This document shows, in pieces, positions 26,321 through 40,120 of a DNA stretch of 64,000 bases. The notes below the pieces were generated by a model. That model saw only the letters and a program-made list of their open reading frames with translations. It searched no databases and was not told the origin of the DNA. The translations under genes and the position numbers were made by a program. Each line of letters begins with the position of its first letter. The stretch's first letter is position 1. This DNA comes from Hypanus sabinus (taxonomy: Eukaryota): positions 38,254,001 to 38,318,000 of the forward strand of contig NC_082726.1 in assembly GCF_030144855.1 (NCBI RefSeq), given 5' to 3'.

Positions 26321-26799
26321 GGTTTGGATTTTGCATGTATTGTAACTCAACGCCGTTTCATATTTTCAACTTCTTTTGAAGGCAGGTTCATGGGTGATTA
26401 CAGTTTGAAAACTTCTGTGAAGCTTATTGTGGTTTTATTGTCAGTTTAAAACAAATGTGCATATTAATGAGGAGGTATATGGAATTATCAGTGATAACCT
26501 GTATCTGTATTTTCATATCTTGTGGTGCCATACCAAAGGAAAGTAATTTCAGTCTAGGTGGACAGACTTGACCTGAAAGGCTGACAGTCCATTTTTCTCC
26601 CCTCTTGCTGCCTGACCTGATGAGCTACATAGAATGTTAAAGCACAGTGCAGGCCCCTTGGCCCACAATGTTGTGTTGACCATTTTACCTTTTCCCTCCA
26701 CACAGTCCTCCATTTCCCTTTCATCCATATGGTATGTGTTTCTTTAATGTCCATAACGTATGTGCCTCTACATAGTGTGTCATAATGTATACTGCCTCT

Positions 26800-27300
26800 A
26801 CAGTCCGCCTAAACTGGGAGCGAGATTTGATCGACTTCAGCACCAGGCCGATTTGGAAAGGGTAGATACAGGCTGAAATGAGGCGGCAGAGTTCAGGTCC
26901 AGAGCGAATCAATGTGACAGAGCCTGGTCCTAGTGCAAGGAATGATCTGATGATTGGACAATTTAAACGCTGGTCCAGATAGATTGGAAAGGCAGGGTGT
27001 CAGAACAAGAGGTGAGGGTCGGGCTGATTTCTGCTCACTGCTTCACAACATTTATTCAGCTCTGTGCTGAACTGATGCTGTAGGCTGCTCTAGCTGCTCT
27101 GGGCTTCGTGTCTGAATGCTATTTGTTTATTTTTGTTTTTGCTCAATGTGTTGTTTTTCTCTGTGTACGTTGGGTGTTTAACAGTCTTTTTTTAAATGGG
27201 TTCTTTTTGTTTTTTTTTGTTTTGTGGCTACCTGTGAGGAAATGAATCTCAATGTTATATAATGTGTAAGTGCTTTGATAATAAGTGTATTTTGAACTTA
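26800..27300 (+). repeat. LINE 3' UTR-type repeat with ...tgataataa..gta.tttgaact tail
   Basis: The same tail recurs at about 53060-53445 (+), 29075-29360 (-) and 53447-53720 (-). Confidence 0.5.
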
Positions 27301-28004
27301 CAATATTCTGCATTTCTGTTGTATATCCTTTCTACTACCTTGATGTTCAGATGCTTTGACATTATCTGTACAGATGGCATGAGGAACACAGTTTTCAGAT
27401 ATTATCTTGGTGCATGTAACCATAATTAACCAATTTCCGATTCCAGTTCCACTTCCTGCTCTCTAATCTCCTCTGGCCCTTGTTTTAGCCTATTCAGTCC
27501 TGTCTGTGGACACTCAGCCCTGATCACCAGGTCAGATACTTGATTCAGCTTTCTATAGTACTCAGTCCATTCACCTGCCCATACCTGGCCAGGCCCTGAA
27601 CCCTGGCCCCCACTGTAGCTCGACATGGGGGTTGATGGGCACTATCACTGGCTAAACCTGTCTTGCAATCAGGAACATTGACAATAGACAATGGTGTTGA
27701 GAGCTTGATCTGTAAACTTGATAATACAAGCATTTGGGGAATCCTGAGAAAGTATAGGAGAACAATCAAATTCAAGCAGCTTTTATATGTTTCGGTGCAT
27801 TGGCAATTTTAAATAAATGTCATGCTATTTAGCCAAATGCCCAGGGCTGTGAGTCACCAGAAATTCTAAAGGATCTCAAAAATCTAAAAGCAGAGATTTT
27901 TGAAGGTTTTAATGCAGAGATTGATAACTTTTATTGATAAATTCAGGGGGTGGAGATGAAAATGTGGAGCTGAGCTACGATCAGATTAGCTGTCATCTTG
28001 ATGA

Positions 28005-28560
28005 GCAACACACACAAAATGTTGGAGAAACTCAGCAGTGTCGATGGAGGAGGATGAACAGTCAACGTTTTGGGCCGAGACCCTCCATCAGGACTGGAAA
28101 GGAAGGGGGCAGAATCCAGAATAAGGAGGTTGGGGGTAGAGGAAGAAGTACAAGCTGGCAGGTGATAGGTGAGACCAGGTGAGGAGGGATGTGGATGAGT
28201 GGGTTGAAGTAAGAAGCTGGAAGGGATGGGTGGAAGAGGGAAAGAGCTGAAGAAGGAGGAATCTAATAGGAGAATTCAGTAGATCATAAAACAAAGGGAA
28301 GGAGAAACAGAAACCAGAGGGAGGTGATGGGCAGGTGGAAAGAGGAGGGGTGAGAGGGTAACTAGAATTTGGAATGGTTAAAAAAAAGAGAGAAGGAGAG
28401 GAGTGAGAAATTACCAGAATCTGGAGAAACCAGGTTGGAGACTACTCAGATGGTTATAGGGTATTTTTTTTGGCAGAAAATGTCAACAATTTATTCTCCT
28501 CCATAAATGTTGCTCGACTTGCTGAGTTCCTCCAGAATTTGCAGACTGTTGTGTGTTTTT
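28005..28560 (-). mobile_element. Penelope-like element 3' end/pLTR with short inverted copy
   Basis: Terminal caacacacacaaaatg.tgga...ctcagcag; mutated hammerhead-like motif at 28059-28096; purine-rich tract; end of the GIY-YIG ORF near 28410-28460; opposite-orientation short copy at 28470-28560. Confidence 0.75.
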
Positions 28561-29844
28561 GTTTGGTCTTGTTGAGTAGGCCTGAGCAGCTGAATGCTCG
28601 ACAGCTCCTACCACTGCAGTTAGCAGAGAACAAAGTGATAAGGAAAATATTCAGGATTACAGATTGTGTTTCTCTTGGAGTTTAAGGTAGCAAAATTTAA
28701 GAAAACAATGAAAGCATTATTCCATAGAACCACGCAGTGCATATTAAACGAGTAGATTTGTGGTGTTGGATAATGTTCAAAGAAACACTCTGGACTTTTC
28801 TAGCTGGGTCTGCTTATGCTTAAGCACCAAAGAATTACGTGTGATCTGACTGGTTATCATAATTTTGGGGTTTGCATATTATCAAGTACCTGAATATAAA
28901 TTACGTCAGAATGGTCTTTTTCTTGTCTATTGTTTTGGGATTGAGAATTACTTTCTTCCACACTATTGTGGTTTCCAAACTGGCTGATAAAGCCAATGTG
29001 GAAACCACAGCTTCTTCCACAGACATTGGACATATCTGTTGGGAAGTATGGAGCCCTCCCTCCACGCCTATACAATTCAAAGTAAATTTTATTATCAAAG
29101 TACGTACATGTCACCAAGTACTATCTTGTAGTTCATTTTCTTGAAGGCATTCACAGTAGAACAAAGAAGTCCAATAGAATCAATGAAAAGCTACACACAA
29201 AGACTGACAAATTGTGCAAATACCAAAAGAAACAAGTGATTATAAATAATAAACAAATAATTACTGAGGATATGAGTTGTAGAGTCTGAAAGTGGGTCCA
29301 AGGGTTGTGTTCAATGATCAGCTCCGTGCTCTGGTGAGTGAAGATGTCCACACTGGTTCAGATGCCCGATGGTATACATGGCCTTTCTGTTCCCAAAGTA
29401 CAGACTCGAGGTTTTCATGGATCAGAGATTCCCTGTCATCGGTGGAGATGTTGCATTTCATCAACGAGGCTTTGAGCACATCCTCTGTCCACATGCTGGT
29501 CACCAGAGCTTTGGAAAGAGTGTCTGTTTCAGGGGTATTCCATCTCCACAAGGCCTTTAATGTCATTGGCAGACCTCTGTACTTGGGACATTGGCCTTGA
29601 AGAGAGCACTGACTTTAATTCGCCTATCCTTCCAGTGGAGTTGACAGATTTATGGAACATTGGCTAGTTCTTTTCCCAGGGAGCCATTGTTAAAGTCGAA
29701 TCTGAATGAAACTTGGGAGACCAGCTGCTTCTCGTCACCACAGTTTATTGCGTATTCTCCTGCAGGAGAGTTTGAGACCCTGTTGTCAGGGGGAAGGCAT
29801 GTCAGTGTGGCCCCCATCTGACTAAATGGACTAACTCAGTCAGG

Positions 29845-30190
29845 TTACAGACAGACATACTTTATTGATCCCGAGGGAAATTGGGTTTCGTTACAGCGGC
29901 ACCAACCAAGAATAGTGAAGAAATATAGCAATATAAAGCCATAAATAATTAAATAAAAATAAGTTACTCATGCCAAGTGGAAATAAGTCCAGGACCAGCC
30001 TATATTGGCTGAGGGTGTCTGACACTCTAAGGGAGGAGTTGTAAAGTTTGATGGCCACAGGTAGGAATGACTTCCTATAACGCTCAGTGTTACATCTCGG
30101 TGGAATGAGTCTCTGGCTGAATGTACTCCTGTGCCTAACCAGTACATTATGGAGTGGATGGGAGTCATTGTCCAAGATGGCATACAGCTG
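29845..30190 (-). mobile_element. Rex1/Babar-like LINE 3' end
   Basis: AILDNDSHPLHNVL...RLIPPRCNTERYRKSFLPVAIKLYNSS, then aatttccctcgggatcaataaagtatgtctgtctgt on the minus strand. Confidence 0.8.
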
Positions 30191-31038
30191 TACATTTATA
30201 CATAGTAAGTCCCATACATTACTGTTGCAAGCTGTTATTAGAACTGGTATGCCCACCAAGTCTGTTGGTGCAAAACTTAATTACTTAGATAAGAGAGTCC
30301 TCAAAATCAAGGTTTGATTACAGATGGATATGCTGTCCAGTTCTTAAGAGTTATTCCCTTTGCAAGGCCCTGACTTAATTACAGGCAGATGTTCATTCCC
30401 GTCCTTATCAGAGAGGTCTTAGTCAAACAAGGGTACAATATATTGTTTACGAAACTCTCAATGTCTCTCTGCTAATTAAAAGGGAACCAGTATAAGCCAG
30501 TAATTTTTTTTAACTGCTGAAGACAGTTTACTTCAGTTCAAAAATTCCTGTTTAGTCTCAATTATTCTTTTAGCCAGCGATTGCAGAAGCTCAAAATGAT
30601 TTTATATATATCCTCAATTCCTCCCCGTGAGCTGTGGGAATGACTTGCTATATGATGTGACTGTCATCTGAAAAGTGCTAAACCAGTTCTTCACCGGGGC
30701 AAGGGCCTGAATGCATATCGAAACACGAAAAATAACATAGAAAATCCAAAATAATAGCAGAAGATGCCGGAATTATTTAACAGGTTTCGTTTTATTTCAT
30801 ACAACTATAGGTGGTTTACAGAGCATATTTTGTTCCATATTAATTTTTATTATCCTTGTCAATCTTTATACTTTTCCTAAGAGATTTAATTGCTGCATGT
30901 CTGTTTGATTGCATTATAACTGCATGGACATTTGTCTTCTGGGTAGAGTAATTTAATGGAATCACACTGTTGGCCCCAAACTTCTCTTGGACTCAATGCT
31001 CACTGGTTTTAGAGGAAGGGATGGAGTGGGATATTTTG

Positions 31039-31235
31039 NNNNNNNNNNNNNNNNNNNNNNNNNNNNNNNNNNNNNNNNNNNNNNNNNNNNNNNNNNNNNN
31101 NNNNNNNNNNNNNNNNNNNNNNNNNNNNNNNNNNNNNNNNNNNNNNNNNNNNNNNNNNNNNNNNNNNNNNNNNNNNNNNNNNNNNNNNNNNNNNNNNNNN
31201 NNNNNNNNNNNNNNNNNNNNNNNNNNNNNNNNNNN
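31039..31235. other. Assembly gap (197 N) in GFPT1 intron 1
   Basis: Run of N. Confidence 1.
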
Positions 31236-31497
31236 ACAGGTCAGTGGATCAGTCCTGTAAAGACAGTTTGCTCTAACAAAACTGTTGCCATAATGCTGAT
31301 CAAAGCCATCACTGTGCGGACTGGCCGTACAATCCCTGCCCAAGATTCTTAATACTGATCACGCCAGTTTTTTAATGAAAGGTCAACAGTGTTGGTGAGG
31401 CACGATTTAACTTCCTTCCTCCACCAGACTTCAGTTAACAACATGTGGGGAATTGATGATGTAGCCAGGTCAAAATAGTTAATGTTTCTGGAAAACT

Positions 31498-31830
31498 GAG
31501 GGTGGTACAGAGGCATGATAGCTAATAGTCCAATGATCCAGGTTCGATCCTGACCTCTGACGCCATCTGTGTGAAGATTTTACATTCCGCCTGTGTTTCC
31601 TCTCCGTACTCTGGTTCCTTCACATGTTTCAAAGACGGGAGGATCAGTAGGTTACTTGGCAGCTGTAGATTGCCTCTGGTATAGGTGGGTGGTAAAAGGA
31701 TCAGGGTGGAATTGGTGGGGTGTGTGAAAAAAAGCCGGTTATTGAGAAACTCTTTGGGGAATAAGAGTAGTGGAATTGTTCTAAAAGTTGGCACAATTTG
31801 ATGGGCTGAATTGCAGTCTCTTTTGCCGTC
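31498..31830 (+). mobile_element. Degenerate tRNA-derived SINE
   Basis: B-box ggttcgatcc at about 31541; V-domain-like gtttcctctccgtactctggttcc. Confidence 0.6.
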
Positions 31831-33069
31831 GGAAATGTATAAACAAAATGAGTTACTGTAACAGAACACCCAAACACAACAAAAAAACTTTAATCTAGCC
31901 CTTTCCTTTCATTCCTCATAAAAGTGTTTAATGAGGCTACTTTGCAGATAGTGACTATGAGATGACTAACCTATTGCCTTTATGTCACTGGGCCACCCTT
32001 TGGTGATGTGTCAGCTCTGGTGCAGGTTCCCATTGAGGATCACTTTGGTACAGGTCTGCACAGGGAACCCTCTACCTTCTGGGAATCCCCTTTACTGCTG
32101 GTAACATCCGGTCCTTGGACGGTGGTGTACAGGGACATGTGGTGGGGGCATTGAATATTTGATAACATCTTCACCATTTATGTTCAGTAATATTTGGATA
32201 CAGTTCCAAAGAATTATTCCAATTATTAGTTTCATTTCTAAAGTTAAGAGTTTCTACATAGTGAGAAATTAATTAACACCATTTGAAGCATCTTGATTGA
32301 TCGAAACTTGTACTTTTCCGCAGAGCAAATGCCTTGCTTTTATTTGATTGCATTGGGTTTAATGTAATATAGGATCTGAGCTGGCAGATCCATGAGGATC
32401 CCGGCAGAACGGTGTGGGCAGCATGTGAAGATACCAGTGTCAAACCTGGCTTGTGGTGTGCCAGACTGTTGGGCTTCCACAGTGGTCTGCTGGTAATCTC
32501 CAATATCAGCAGTGGCTTTAATCAGCCCCGATATTTTCCAGGTACACTTCTACATGAAATGCATTAAGTTTTTGCGCAAGTACTTCCAAGGGATCAGAAA
32601 GAAAATAGACTATTAAACTTGGATGAGGTTTGTACAGGCAAAGGTTGTCTGTGCTTAGCTTTGGGCGACTGCACCCTGGATATTATTTGCCTTGGGCACA
32701 GTGTAATGAAGAATTGGTACATTGATTACTGAAATCAGGGCTTGTTCTTTGAGGTAAGATTGTATAATTGGGCCTTTGTGTTCTAAAGTTTGGAAGAATG
32801 AGAGGCAAGCATGTTGATTACTTAAGAATGTATGGTGGTTTGACAGTGCGGATAGTGAGAGGTCTTTTATTTTTCCTGGCTGGAAAAGTTAGGCCTCAGA
32901 ATCAGGGGTTGGTGATTGAGGATGGAGAATTGCCATCAGGTAGTAGGTTGTAAATGGCAAACTCAAAACAAGAGACTGGATACACATTTGGTATGAATAC
33001 GAGACTTTGGTCAATAGATTTTTGAATGCTTCACTCTCATTGAGAACAGATGAATAATTTTTCTTCCAC

Positions 33070-33870
33070 ATATCACCTCCCAGTTTTGTACTTCATCCTA
33101 CCTTCCCCCTCATCTGGTCTCACCTATCACATGCAGGTTTCCCCCACTATCCAAAGCTAGAGCATTCCTATGGAATGGTTCGCAAGCCGGAATGGCGTAA
33201 AGCAAAGTAGCAATTACCATTAATTTATGTGGGAAAAATTTGTCAGCGGTCCCAGACCCAAAAAATAACCTACCAAATCATACCAAATAACACATAAAAC
33301 CTCCACAGCCTCTATAAAGTAGGAATAATTTTCTGCAATCATTGCAGCACTGTCAAGCGTAGCGAAAATCTCACGCAAGCGCTCTCAACAGAAGTACTCT
33401 CTCCAGTAACCTTTAAGCTATGAAGCTGCCCTCGCCTCAAAAACCGATCAAACCACCCATGTCTACCTTTAAATTCCACTTTTGCAAAAATGCCTTTATT
33501 GTTTAAGCACTGGCGGCTAGAATACAGTTCCGGGGGAGGAGCTTGGCTGCTCGGGGCGCGCACTGCCTTTTTTGGTAAAAGTGAAAACACTCTTCGGGTA
33601 GTGAAAACGGGTAACTAATGTAGGCCTTTCGTAAAAGTGAGGTGTCGTAAAGTGAACGCTTGGAAAACGGGAGCTACTTGTATCAGCTTGTACTCCTTCT
33701 GCTCCCCACCCACATTCTTAGTCTGACTTCTGCCCCCTTCCCTTTCCAGTCCTGAAAAAGGGTCTCAGCCAGAAACATCGACTGTTTATTCCTTTCCACA
33801 GATGGTGCTTGACCTGCTGAGTTCCTCCAGCATTTTGTTCACATCCTCAAGATTTCCAGCATCTCCAGAA
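33070..33870 (+). mobile_element. Penelope-like pLTR fragment interrupted by a Tigger MITE
   Basis: ggtctcacctatcac...cagcttgtactcc continuity across 33134-33680; degenerate hammerhead at 33747-33784; gctgagttcctccagcattttg tail. Confidence 0.7.
33134..33680 (-). mobile_element. Tigger/pogo-derived MITE with CENP-B-type HTH remnant
   Basis: Imperfect TIRs (CAGGTTTCCCCCACTATCCAAAG vs reverse of the right end CAAGTAGCTCCCGTTTTCCAAG) with TA on the right; minus-strand FKGRHGWFDRFLRRGQLHSLKVTGES. Confidence 0.75.
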
Positions 33871-34155
33871 TTCTCTGTACTTTTGACTTGATGTGTGATA
33901 ATCAGAGGGAAAATGGATGAGGTTGGGATTTGGCCATCATCTTACTGTACAATTGGGTGGGGTCAAGGGCTTGCTCCTATTGCTAAGTCAGCATACAGCC
34001 ATCTTTAATGGGACTGGGGCTATGATCAATGAAATGTGGGTGAGCAGTGTTACGTGAAGTCTGTCAGAAATAGGAAGTGCTTGCAATTTGATAGTTGTTA
34101 TTCTTATTATACTGTTACTGAAACTTGACAGCCAATCGCTTATTTTGTTTTCAAG

Positions 34156-34263
34156 GAATTTTTGCCTACCTGAACCACCTTGTTCCCCGGACAAGAAGAG
34201 AAATTATTGAAATCTTATTCAAAGGGCTTCAAAGACTTGAGTACAGAGGTTATGATTCTGCAG
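34156..34263 (+). CDS. GFPT1: GFPT1 exon 2 ([36 protein letters not shown])
   Basis: ttttcaag acceptor and gtaagg donor; 108 nt; hallmark [13 protein letters not shown] of glutamine-fructose-6-phosphate transaminase. Confidence 0.97.
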
Positions 34264-35074
34264 GTAAGGTGATTTAATTTTTGCATGAGAGATGGAAGTC
34301 GCATTTACGTTGCAACTTTCTCTTCCTCTGGTTATCCTGAAGTATTTCACAGGGAAGTGCAGCATCCACTCTCCACGTGTCAGGCAATGCAGGCAGAGGG
34401 ACAAACGAAACCGACAAGGGAGCCGATCCCCGCAGGCTTTGATATGTTGAGTGTATGATGTATGTTATGGTCAACTTAGTTATATTATCTTGAATAACTT
34501 ATGTGAGTCCTGCTCTTTGTGCCTCTCTCCCTGTGTTGTATTTACCAAACTGGGAATGCTTATGGAGAGGAGTGTGTTCATCTTGGGGTTTTCTAGTGTC
34601 TGGCACGCTGTAGGCAAAGTGTCAGTGTTGGGTATTGAGAGTAGGGGGAAAGGTTATGGTTTAACCAGCAACTTCAGAAGAACCTTCCCTTTGTGCCAAC
34701 TGCTGTGTATCCAGCTTTCGTTTCAGCCTCCTCTGGGTGGCATGCGTCCACTGCACCAGATCTTGGGCGCTTGGGTTCTGAGTAGGGTTACATCCAAGAC
34801 TATTGAACTTAATTTTCTGTGAAATTTGTGGGAGTAGGGGAGGCGGCTGGATTCAAGACTCCCTCCTAGGCCACTGCACACCATGCACTTACAATCCACA
34901 TTACAGTAGAAACATACACTCATGTCACGGGATAAGTGTCTCCTTATTATTAATCTAACCCATACTTAAGGTCTGAGTAATGTATTCTGCTGCCAAGGGG
35001 TCTAGTTGGCAGCTAGTGCTTGACTTCATGAGCATCTCACAGATGTTACAAGTCTGATTTTTGTTAAGATTAGA

Positions 35075-35370
35075 TTAGCTTTATTTGTCACATGTACATC
35101 GAAACATACAGAGAAACACATCGTTTGGGTCAAGTCACATCAGTGATGGTTGTGCTGGGCAGTGGAAAGTGATGCCACACTTCTGGCACCAATATAGCAC
35201 ACCCACAATTCACTAACCCTAACTGTATGGCTTTGGAATGTGGGAAGAAACTGGAGCACCGGAGGAAAACCACGCTGTCACCGGGAGAAAGTACAGACTT
35301 CTTGCGGTCAGTGACAGGAATTAAACACCTCTAAAGCATTGCACTGACTGCTGCATTACTCTGCCACCTG
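35075..35370 (-). mobile_element. tRNA-derived SINE
   Basis: (gatta)n tail; tggaatgtgggaagaaactggagcacc core in reverse. Confidence 0.65.
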
Positions 35371-35439
35371 ACAGTCATTAATATGAATCATTAACACCAT
35401 GAGACACCAAAAAAGGGGGCGCAGTATCTATCCTTTTCC

Positions 35440-35900
35440 CCTCTTCCCCTTCCCACCATCCAGGGGCTGAAATGGTCATTCCCAATGAAGCAGTGATTCA
35501 CTTGCACGACTTCCAATCCAGTATACCTCATTTGATCTTCACAAAGTGTCCTTGACGTTGGAAAAACCAACCATGGGTGAGTTCAAAGGCAACACAAGTG
35601 AATCTGCAGATGCTGGAAATAAATAAAAACACAAAATGCTGGCAGAACTCAGCAGGCCCGACAGCATCTATGGGAGGAGGTAGTGACGACGTTTCGGGCC
35701 GAAACCCATGGGTGAGTAATGGTTTTGCAGAGCACCTGTGCTCAGTCAGCAAAGATGATCCTGAGCTCCTGCCAGTTTATTTCCGTGTCTCACTGTCACT
35801 CTGACCTGTCCATGTGTGATCTCCTGCAGTGTTAATTTGAGACTCCACACAGGTTTGAGAAGCAACACCTCCGGTTCTAAATCCTCTCCAGGGTGGCCTT
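35440..35900 (+). mobile_element. Penelope-like GIY-YIG remnant containing a short TSD-flanked pLTR insertion (35583-35705, minus)
   Basis: FTCTTSNPVY...NGFAEHLCSV remnant; 12-bp duplication CCATGGGTGAGT at 35571-82 and 35706-17. Confidence 0.75.
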
Positions 35901-36184
35901 AAATATTGTATCCCTTTTAGCCTTTCACACTAAGGTAATTCCAGTTAATGCTTTGGAAGTTGAAAGCCCTTGCCATCATTTTATCTTCAAGCACACTGCA
36001 GCTTTCAGGACTTATACGTTAAACTTCTCTATCTTTAGTTCACCTGCTCTTTCTGTCTGTACGTAACTGGCTTTTTGGCCAGTCATCATTTTGGCTCAGT
36101 TTTCTTTTTCTAGTCGTATATACTGGTCTGCTGGACTTGTCTGCAGCCTTGGTATTAGCAATGTGTTATACAGACAAGAGACGT

Positions 36185-36455
36185 GGGGTTACACGGTAGC
36201 ATAGTGGTTAGCAGAACACTTTACAGTGGTTAGCACAAATGTTTTACAGGTTCATCTTCTGCAGCTCTCTGTAACGAGTTTGTACATTCTTCCTATAACA
36301 ACGTGGATTTCCTCTGGATGCTCCAGTTTCACCTCTCATTCCACAGATGTGCGGGTTATTGGGTCAACTGGACACTTGGGTGTAATTGGGCAGTACGGGC
36401 TCGTTGGACTAGGATGACCTGTTACCGTGCTGTATCTCTAAATAAAACAAATAAA
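36185..36455 (+). mobile_element. tRNA-derived SINE (same family as 7066-7290)
   Basis: ggtagcatagtggttagc head; cctgttaccgtgctgtatctctaaataaa tail. Confidence 0.75.
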
Positions 36456-37457
36456 TGAAAATAAATGTGTTTCAAACTGCTATATTAACTTGTTTGGTCT
36501 TGCCCTTATATAAATAATCCCTTTGTTCTAACAATCTCCACCTAAGTGTTAATGAAAACTGTCTTTCTCTCTGTCCTGGTTCTAATAAAGGGCCTCTGAC
36601 ATGAAATATTGACTCTTTTTCTTTATGAACACATGTTCCTTGAACTGATGAGGGTTTCTAGCAATTTTTGTCTTTCAGATTTCTGTTGTGCAGTTTAAAA
36701 ACATTTTTGGATATGAGTTGCCTTCTTGAAGTGTTGCATCCTAGTGGGGCACGAGCTCCCACGGTGCTGGGGTGGGCTGTTCCTGGAATTAGACCCAGCG
36801 GTAGTCATGAAGGATCAAAGGGAGATTTCCAAATCAAGATGGTGTGTGAGTCGGAAGGAACTCCCATGCTCTCTTGTCCTCCATGGTGGTGGAGGGTGTG
36901 GTTCTGTGTGCGGTCCAAGTGGCCTTGCTGAGTAATTGTAGTCTGCTTTGTAGATGATACACACTGCAGGCCACTGTGTATTGGTGATGGAGAAAAATGA
37001 ATCGAGTGGGATGGTACTGGGTTGCTTGACAGTTGGAGGAGTTTCACTTCTCCGGGTATTCCATCACACTTTTTTTTTATATACTCTTGACTTGTGCTTC
37101 AAAGATGCAGAGAGACTTGTGGATGTCAACAGGTGAGTCACTTGTCATAGAATACACACAGTAGTCTCTTAGCAGTCCAGTCTGTGGTCAACTGTGATGC
37201 TCCCAGGATGTTGATAGAGGTGACTTGGCCGAGATGATGACGTTGAATGCAGAGGGTAGATGGTTTGACTCTTGCTGGAAATGGCCACTGCCTGGCACTT
37301 GTTACTTGTCAAAATGTCACGTGTGCAAGTGCACGAATGCATAGCTGCAATGAAAAACACACTTTCAGCAGCATCACTGGCACATTGCATCATAGCTTTT
37401 AGCGCTGGCTTTATCTGTGATGGCCAGTAAGCATAATACATAACAACGTATAAACAA

Positions 37458-37627
37458 TATGCACTCAGTGGCCATTTAATTTGGTACCTCCTGCACCTAA
37501 TAAAATGGACACTGGGTGTATGTTTGTGGTCTTCTGTTGCTGTTGGCCATCCACTTCAAGATTCAATATGTAGTGTGTTCCGATATGCTCTTCTGCACAC
37601 CAATGTTGTAATGCTTGGTTATTTGAG
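37458..37627. mobile_element. Tc1-like MITE remnant with a ~60-bp fold-back
   Basis: cactcagtggccatttaatttggt...acctaataaaatggacactgggtg-ta inverted pair at about 37462-37520. Confidence 0.55.
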
Positions 37628-37644
37628 TTGATTTATTTATTTAG

Positions 37645-38020
37645 AGGTGGTGGCATCGCCATCACTGACTCCCCTACTGTCAGTATCCTGGGGGTTACCG
37701 TTGACAGGAAAACTGAACTGGTCCAGCCGTATAAATACCATGGCTCCCAGAGCAGGTCAAAGGCTAGGAATCCTGTGGCATGTAACTCACCTCCTGACTC
37801 CCCAAAGCCTGTCCACCATCTACAAGGCTCAGGTTAAGAGTGTAATGGAATACTCACCTCTCACCTGGATGAGTGCAGCTCCATCAACGCTCAAGAAGCT
37901 TGACAACATCGTGTACAAGGCAGCCTACTTGATTGGTATCCGTTCTACAAGCATCCATTCCCTCCACTATCGACAAACAGTTGCAGCTGTGTATACTATG
38001 TACAAGATGCACTGCAACAA
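37645..38020 (+). mobile_element. L2/Crack-like (CR1-group) RT C-terminal remnant
   Basis: LGVTVDRK-LNWSSRINTMAPRAGQRLGIL...IYKAQVKSVMEYSPLTW...LKKLDNI. Confidence 0.75.
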
Positions 38021-38410
38021 CCTGGTGGTGTGGGTCAGCAGGCTTCTGTATCTCCTGTCTGAAGGTGGCTGCAAAAGGATGGTATGGCCCAGATGGTGGC
38101 CTATGCCTGAACGTTGAGTAGGCCCACCTGTAGGCAGTTGACTCACTGTATTAGCTGCTTAATTGTCCATATTCACAGTGTGTTTGGAATGTGGATCTTC
38201 AACCTGAGCTATTGTTGCGTGAGGTTGGTTATCTCTGTCATGTAGATTTTGCTGTTCAGGCCTGGATTGACAGCTGCATCCAGTTTAGCACCTCAGTATC
38301 TCTAGTCCAGCTCCCAGCATGCCCTCCTGCACTCCTTGTTGAACCCAGGTGATAGTCATGGGCAGAATAGGGTCCACGAGGTTTCACAATGAGCTGGTGT
38401 ACATTTCTGG

Positions 38411-38630
38411 AGACACAAGAGATTGTGGATGCTGGCATTTGGAGTGCTAAAGGAACTCAGCAGGTCAGGCAGCATCCGTGGAGGGAAACGGACATCTGAT
38501 GTTTCAGGTCAAGATCCTTCATCTGGACTGATTCAGATAGATCTCCATCTCCAGGTGAAGTGTCTCGACCCGAAACATTGACTGTCCATTTTCATTCATG
38601 GATGGTGCTTGACCTGCTGAGCTCCTCAGA
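38411..38630. repeat. Fold-back (inverted) pair of Penelope-like pLTR ends
   Basis: ggaactcagcaggtcaggcagcatcc arm vs ggatggtgcttgacctgctgagctcc arm; degenerate hammerhead cores meet at the centre. Confidence 0.75.
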
Positions 38631-39529
38631 GTTTTATACAGCGTACGTGTCTGCTGATGACATCAGTACTTAGCACTTCATGGGTACCCAGCTTGAACTT
38701 TCAGATCTCTTGTATCCATCCCATTTTACATAGAGATGTCCTCAGTCCTTGTGGAGGCAAAGTCCTGTCTCTACACGATGTGGCTGGTTACTGCCGCCCT
38801 GGATAAATGTGTCTGTGACAGGAAGATTGCCGGCACAAGGTGAAGGATATTTCTCCCTCATTTTGATGCAAAAGACTGCAGCTGCTGGAGTGTGGAGCAA
38901 CAGAGGAACTCAGTGGGTCAAGCAACATCTATGGTGTGAAATGTCAATAATCCCCCTCCAGAGATGCTGAGTTTCTCCAGTAGATTGATATTGCTTGTGT
39001 TGGTTCCTGCACCATCTGCCACAGACACAGTCTGGCTGCTGCAACCCTCAGGACTTGGCTAGTCTTCCCACCCACAGGACATTGTGTATTCTTGCAACTT
39101 CCAGTGCTTCTTTCAAGTGTTCAACATCAAAGGACCACTAATTCAGCAGTTTAGGAAGGGCATTTGATGGTAATCAGGAGGAGGATCTGCAGATTTACCT
39201 CATTTTGGATAGTTATAACAAACAAGTTACACAGCAGGGAAACAGGCCTTTAGGCCTAACTTAGAAATGCCAAGCTGATTTGGTTCCATCTGCCTGTGCT
39301 TGGCCCATATCCCTGTAAGCCTCTGCTATCCATATACTCATCTAAATTGTTTTAAAAGTATTTGTTCCCACCTTTACTATATCCTAAGGCAGTTTGGTCC
39401 ATGCATGGACCACTCTGAGCATGTGTGTTTAAAAGCATTCCCCTCAAGTCCCCTATGTCCTCTTTCCTTAGACTCCTCTACTCTGGAAATAGGTGGTGAG
39501 GTGGAGATACCAAAGGAGGTGTAAGTCAC

Positions 39530-39840
39530 TTCTTTTCTCTGCTAGCTGTAGGTCACCTGCTTAGCCCCCTGATCAGGGTCACGTGAAGCCTTGGGAGCAG
39601 GTAGTGGATGGTCATGTGAACAGCTGGTGAATATCACAAGTCCTGGTTATGCGACCACTGACGCCAGGCAGACAATCTCTGAAGTGTATTGATAATGGCT
39701 GGCGTTACCTGTCTTGTAAAGATAACTGCCTAGAAGAGGGCAATGGCAAACAACTGTAGAAAACTTGCCAACAACTATAATGGTCATAGACCATGATTGC
39801 CCATATCATGCGACATGGCATATAATGATGATGATGACTC
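39530..39840 (+). mobile_element. RTE-related SINE/non-autonomous element inserted in a CR1 remnant
   Basis: gaagagggcaatggcaaac motif and (GAT)n tail; flanked by minus-strand CR1 3' fragments (about 39215-39490 and 39840-40260). Confidence 0.5.
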
Positions 39841-40120
39841 TGTGACAATTTGCCTGTTATGTTCCCCTCAAGATCTTATAAAGCACGACAATGTTACCCC
39901 CTTAGCCTCTGCTCCAGGGAACACAGTCACAGTCTATCCACTCTCTCCTTATAACAAGCTTTCCAGCCCCAGCAACATCATTGTGAATATTTTCTGCACC
40001 CTCTTCAGTTTAATCACACCTTTCCTATGAAATTGCAACCAGAGCTACACAATATTTTAATGCAGTCTCACCAACTCTTGTTCTCAGTGCCCAACTGATA
40101 AAAGTGTGCACGCCCTATTC

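Noticed and set aside
30970-31352. ORFs spanning the N run
   Set aside because: Artefacts of the assembly gap.
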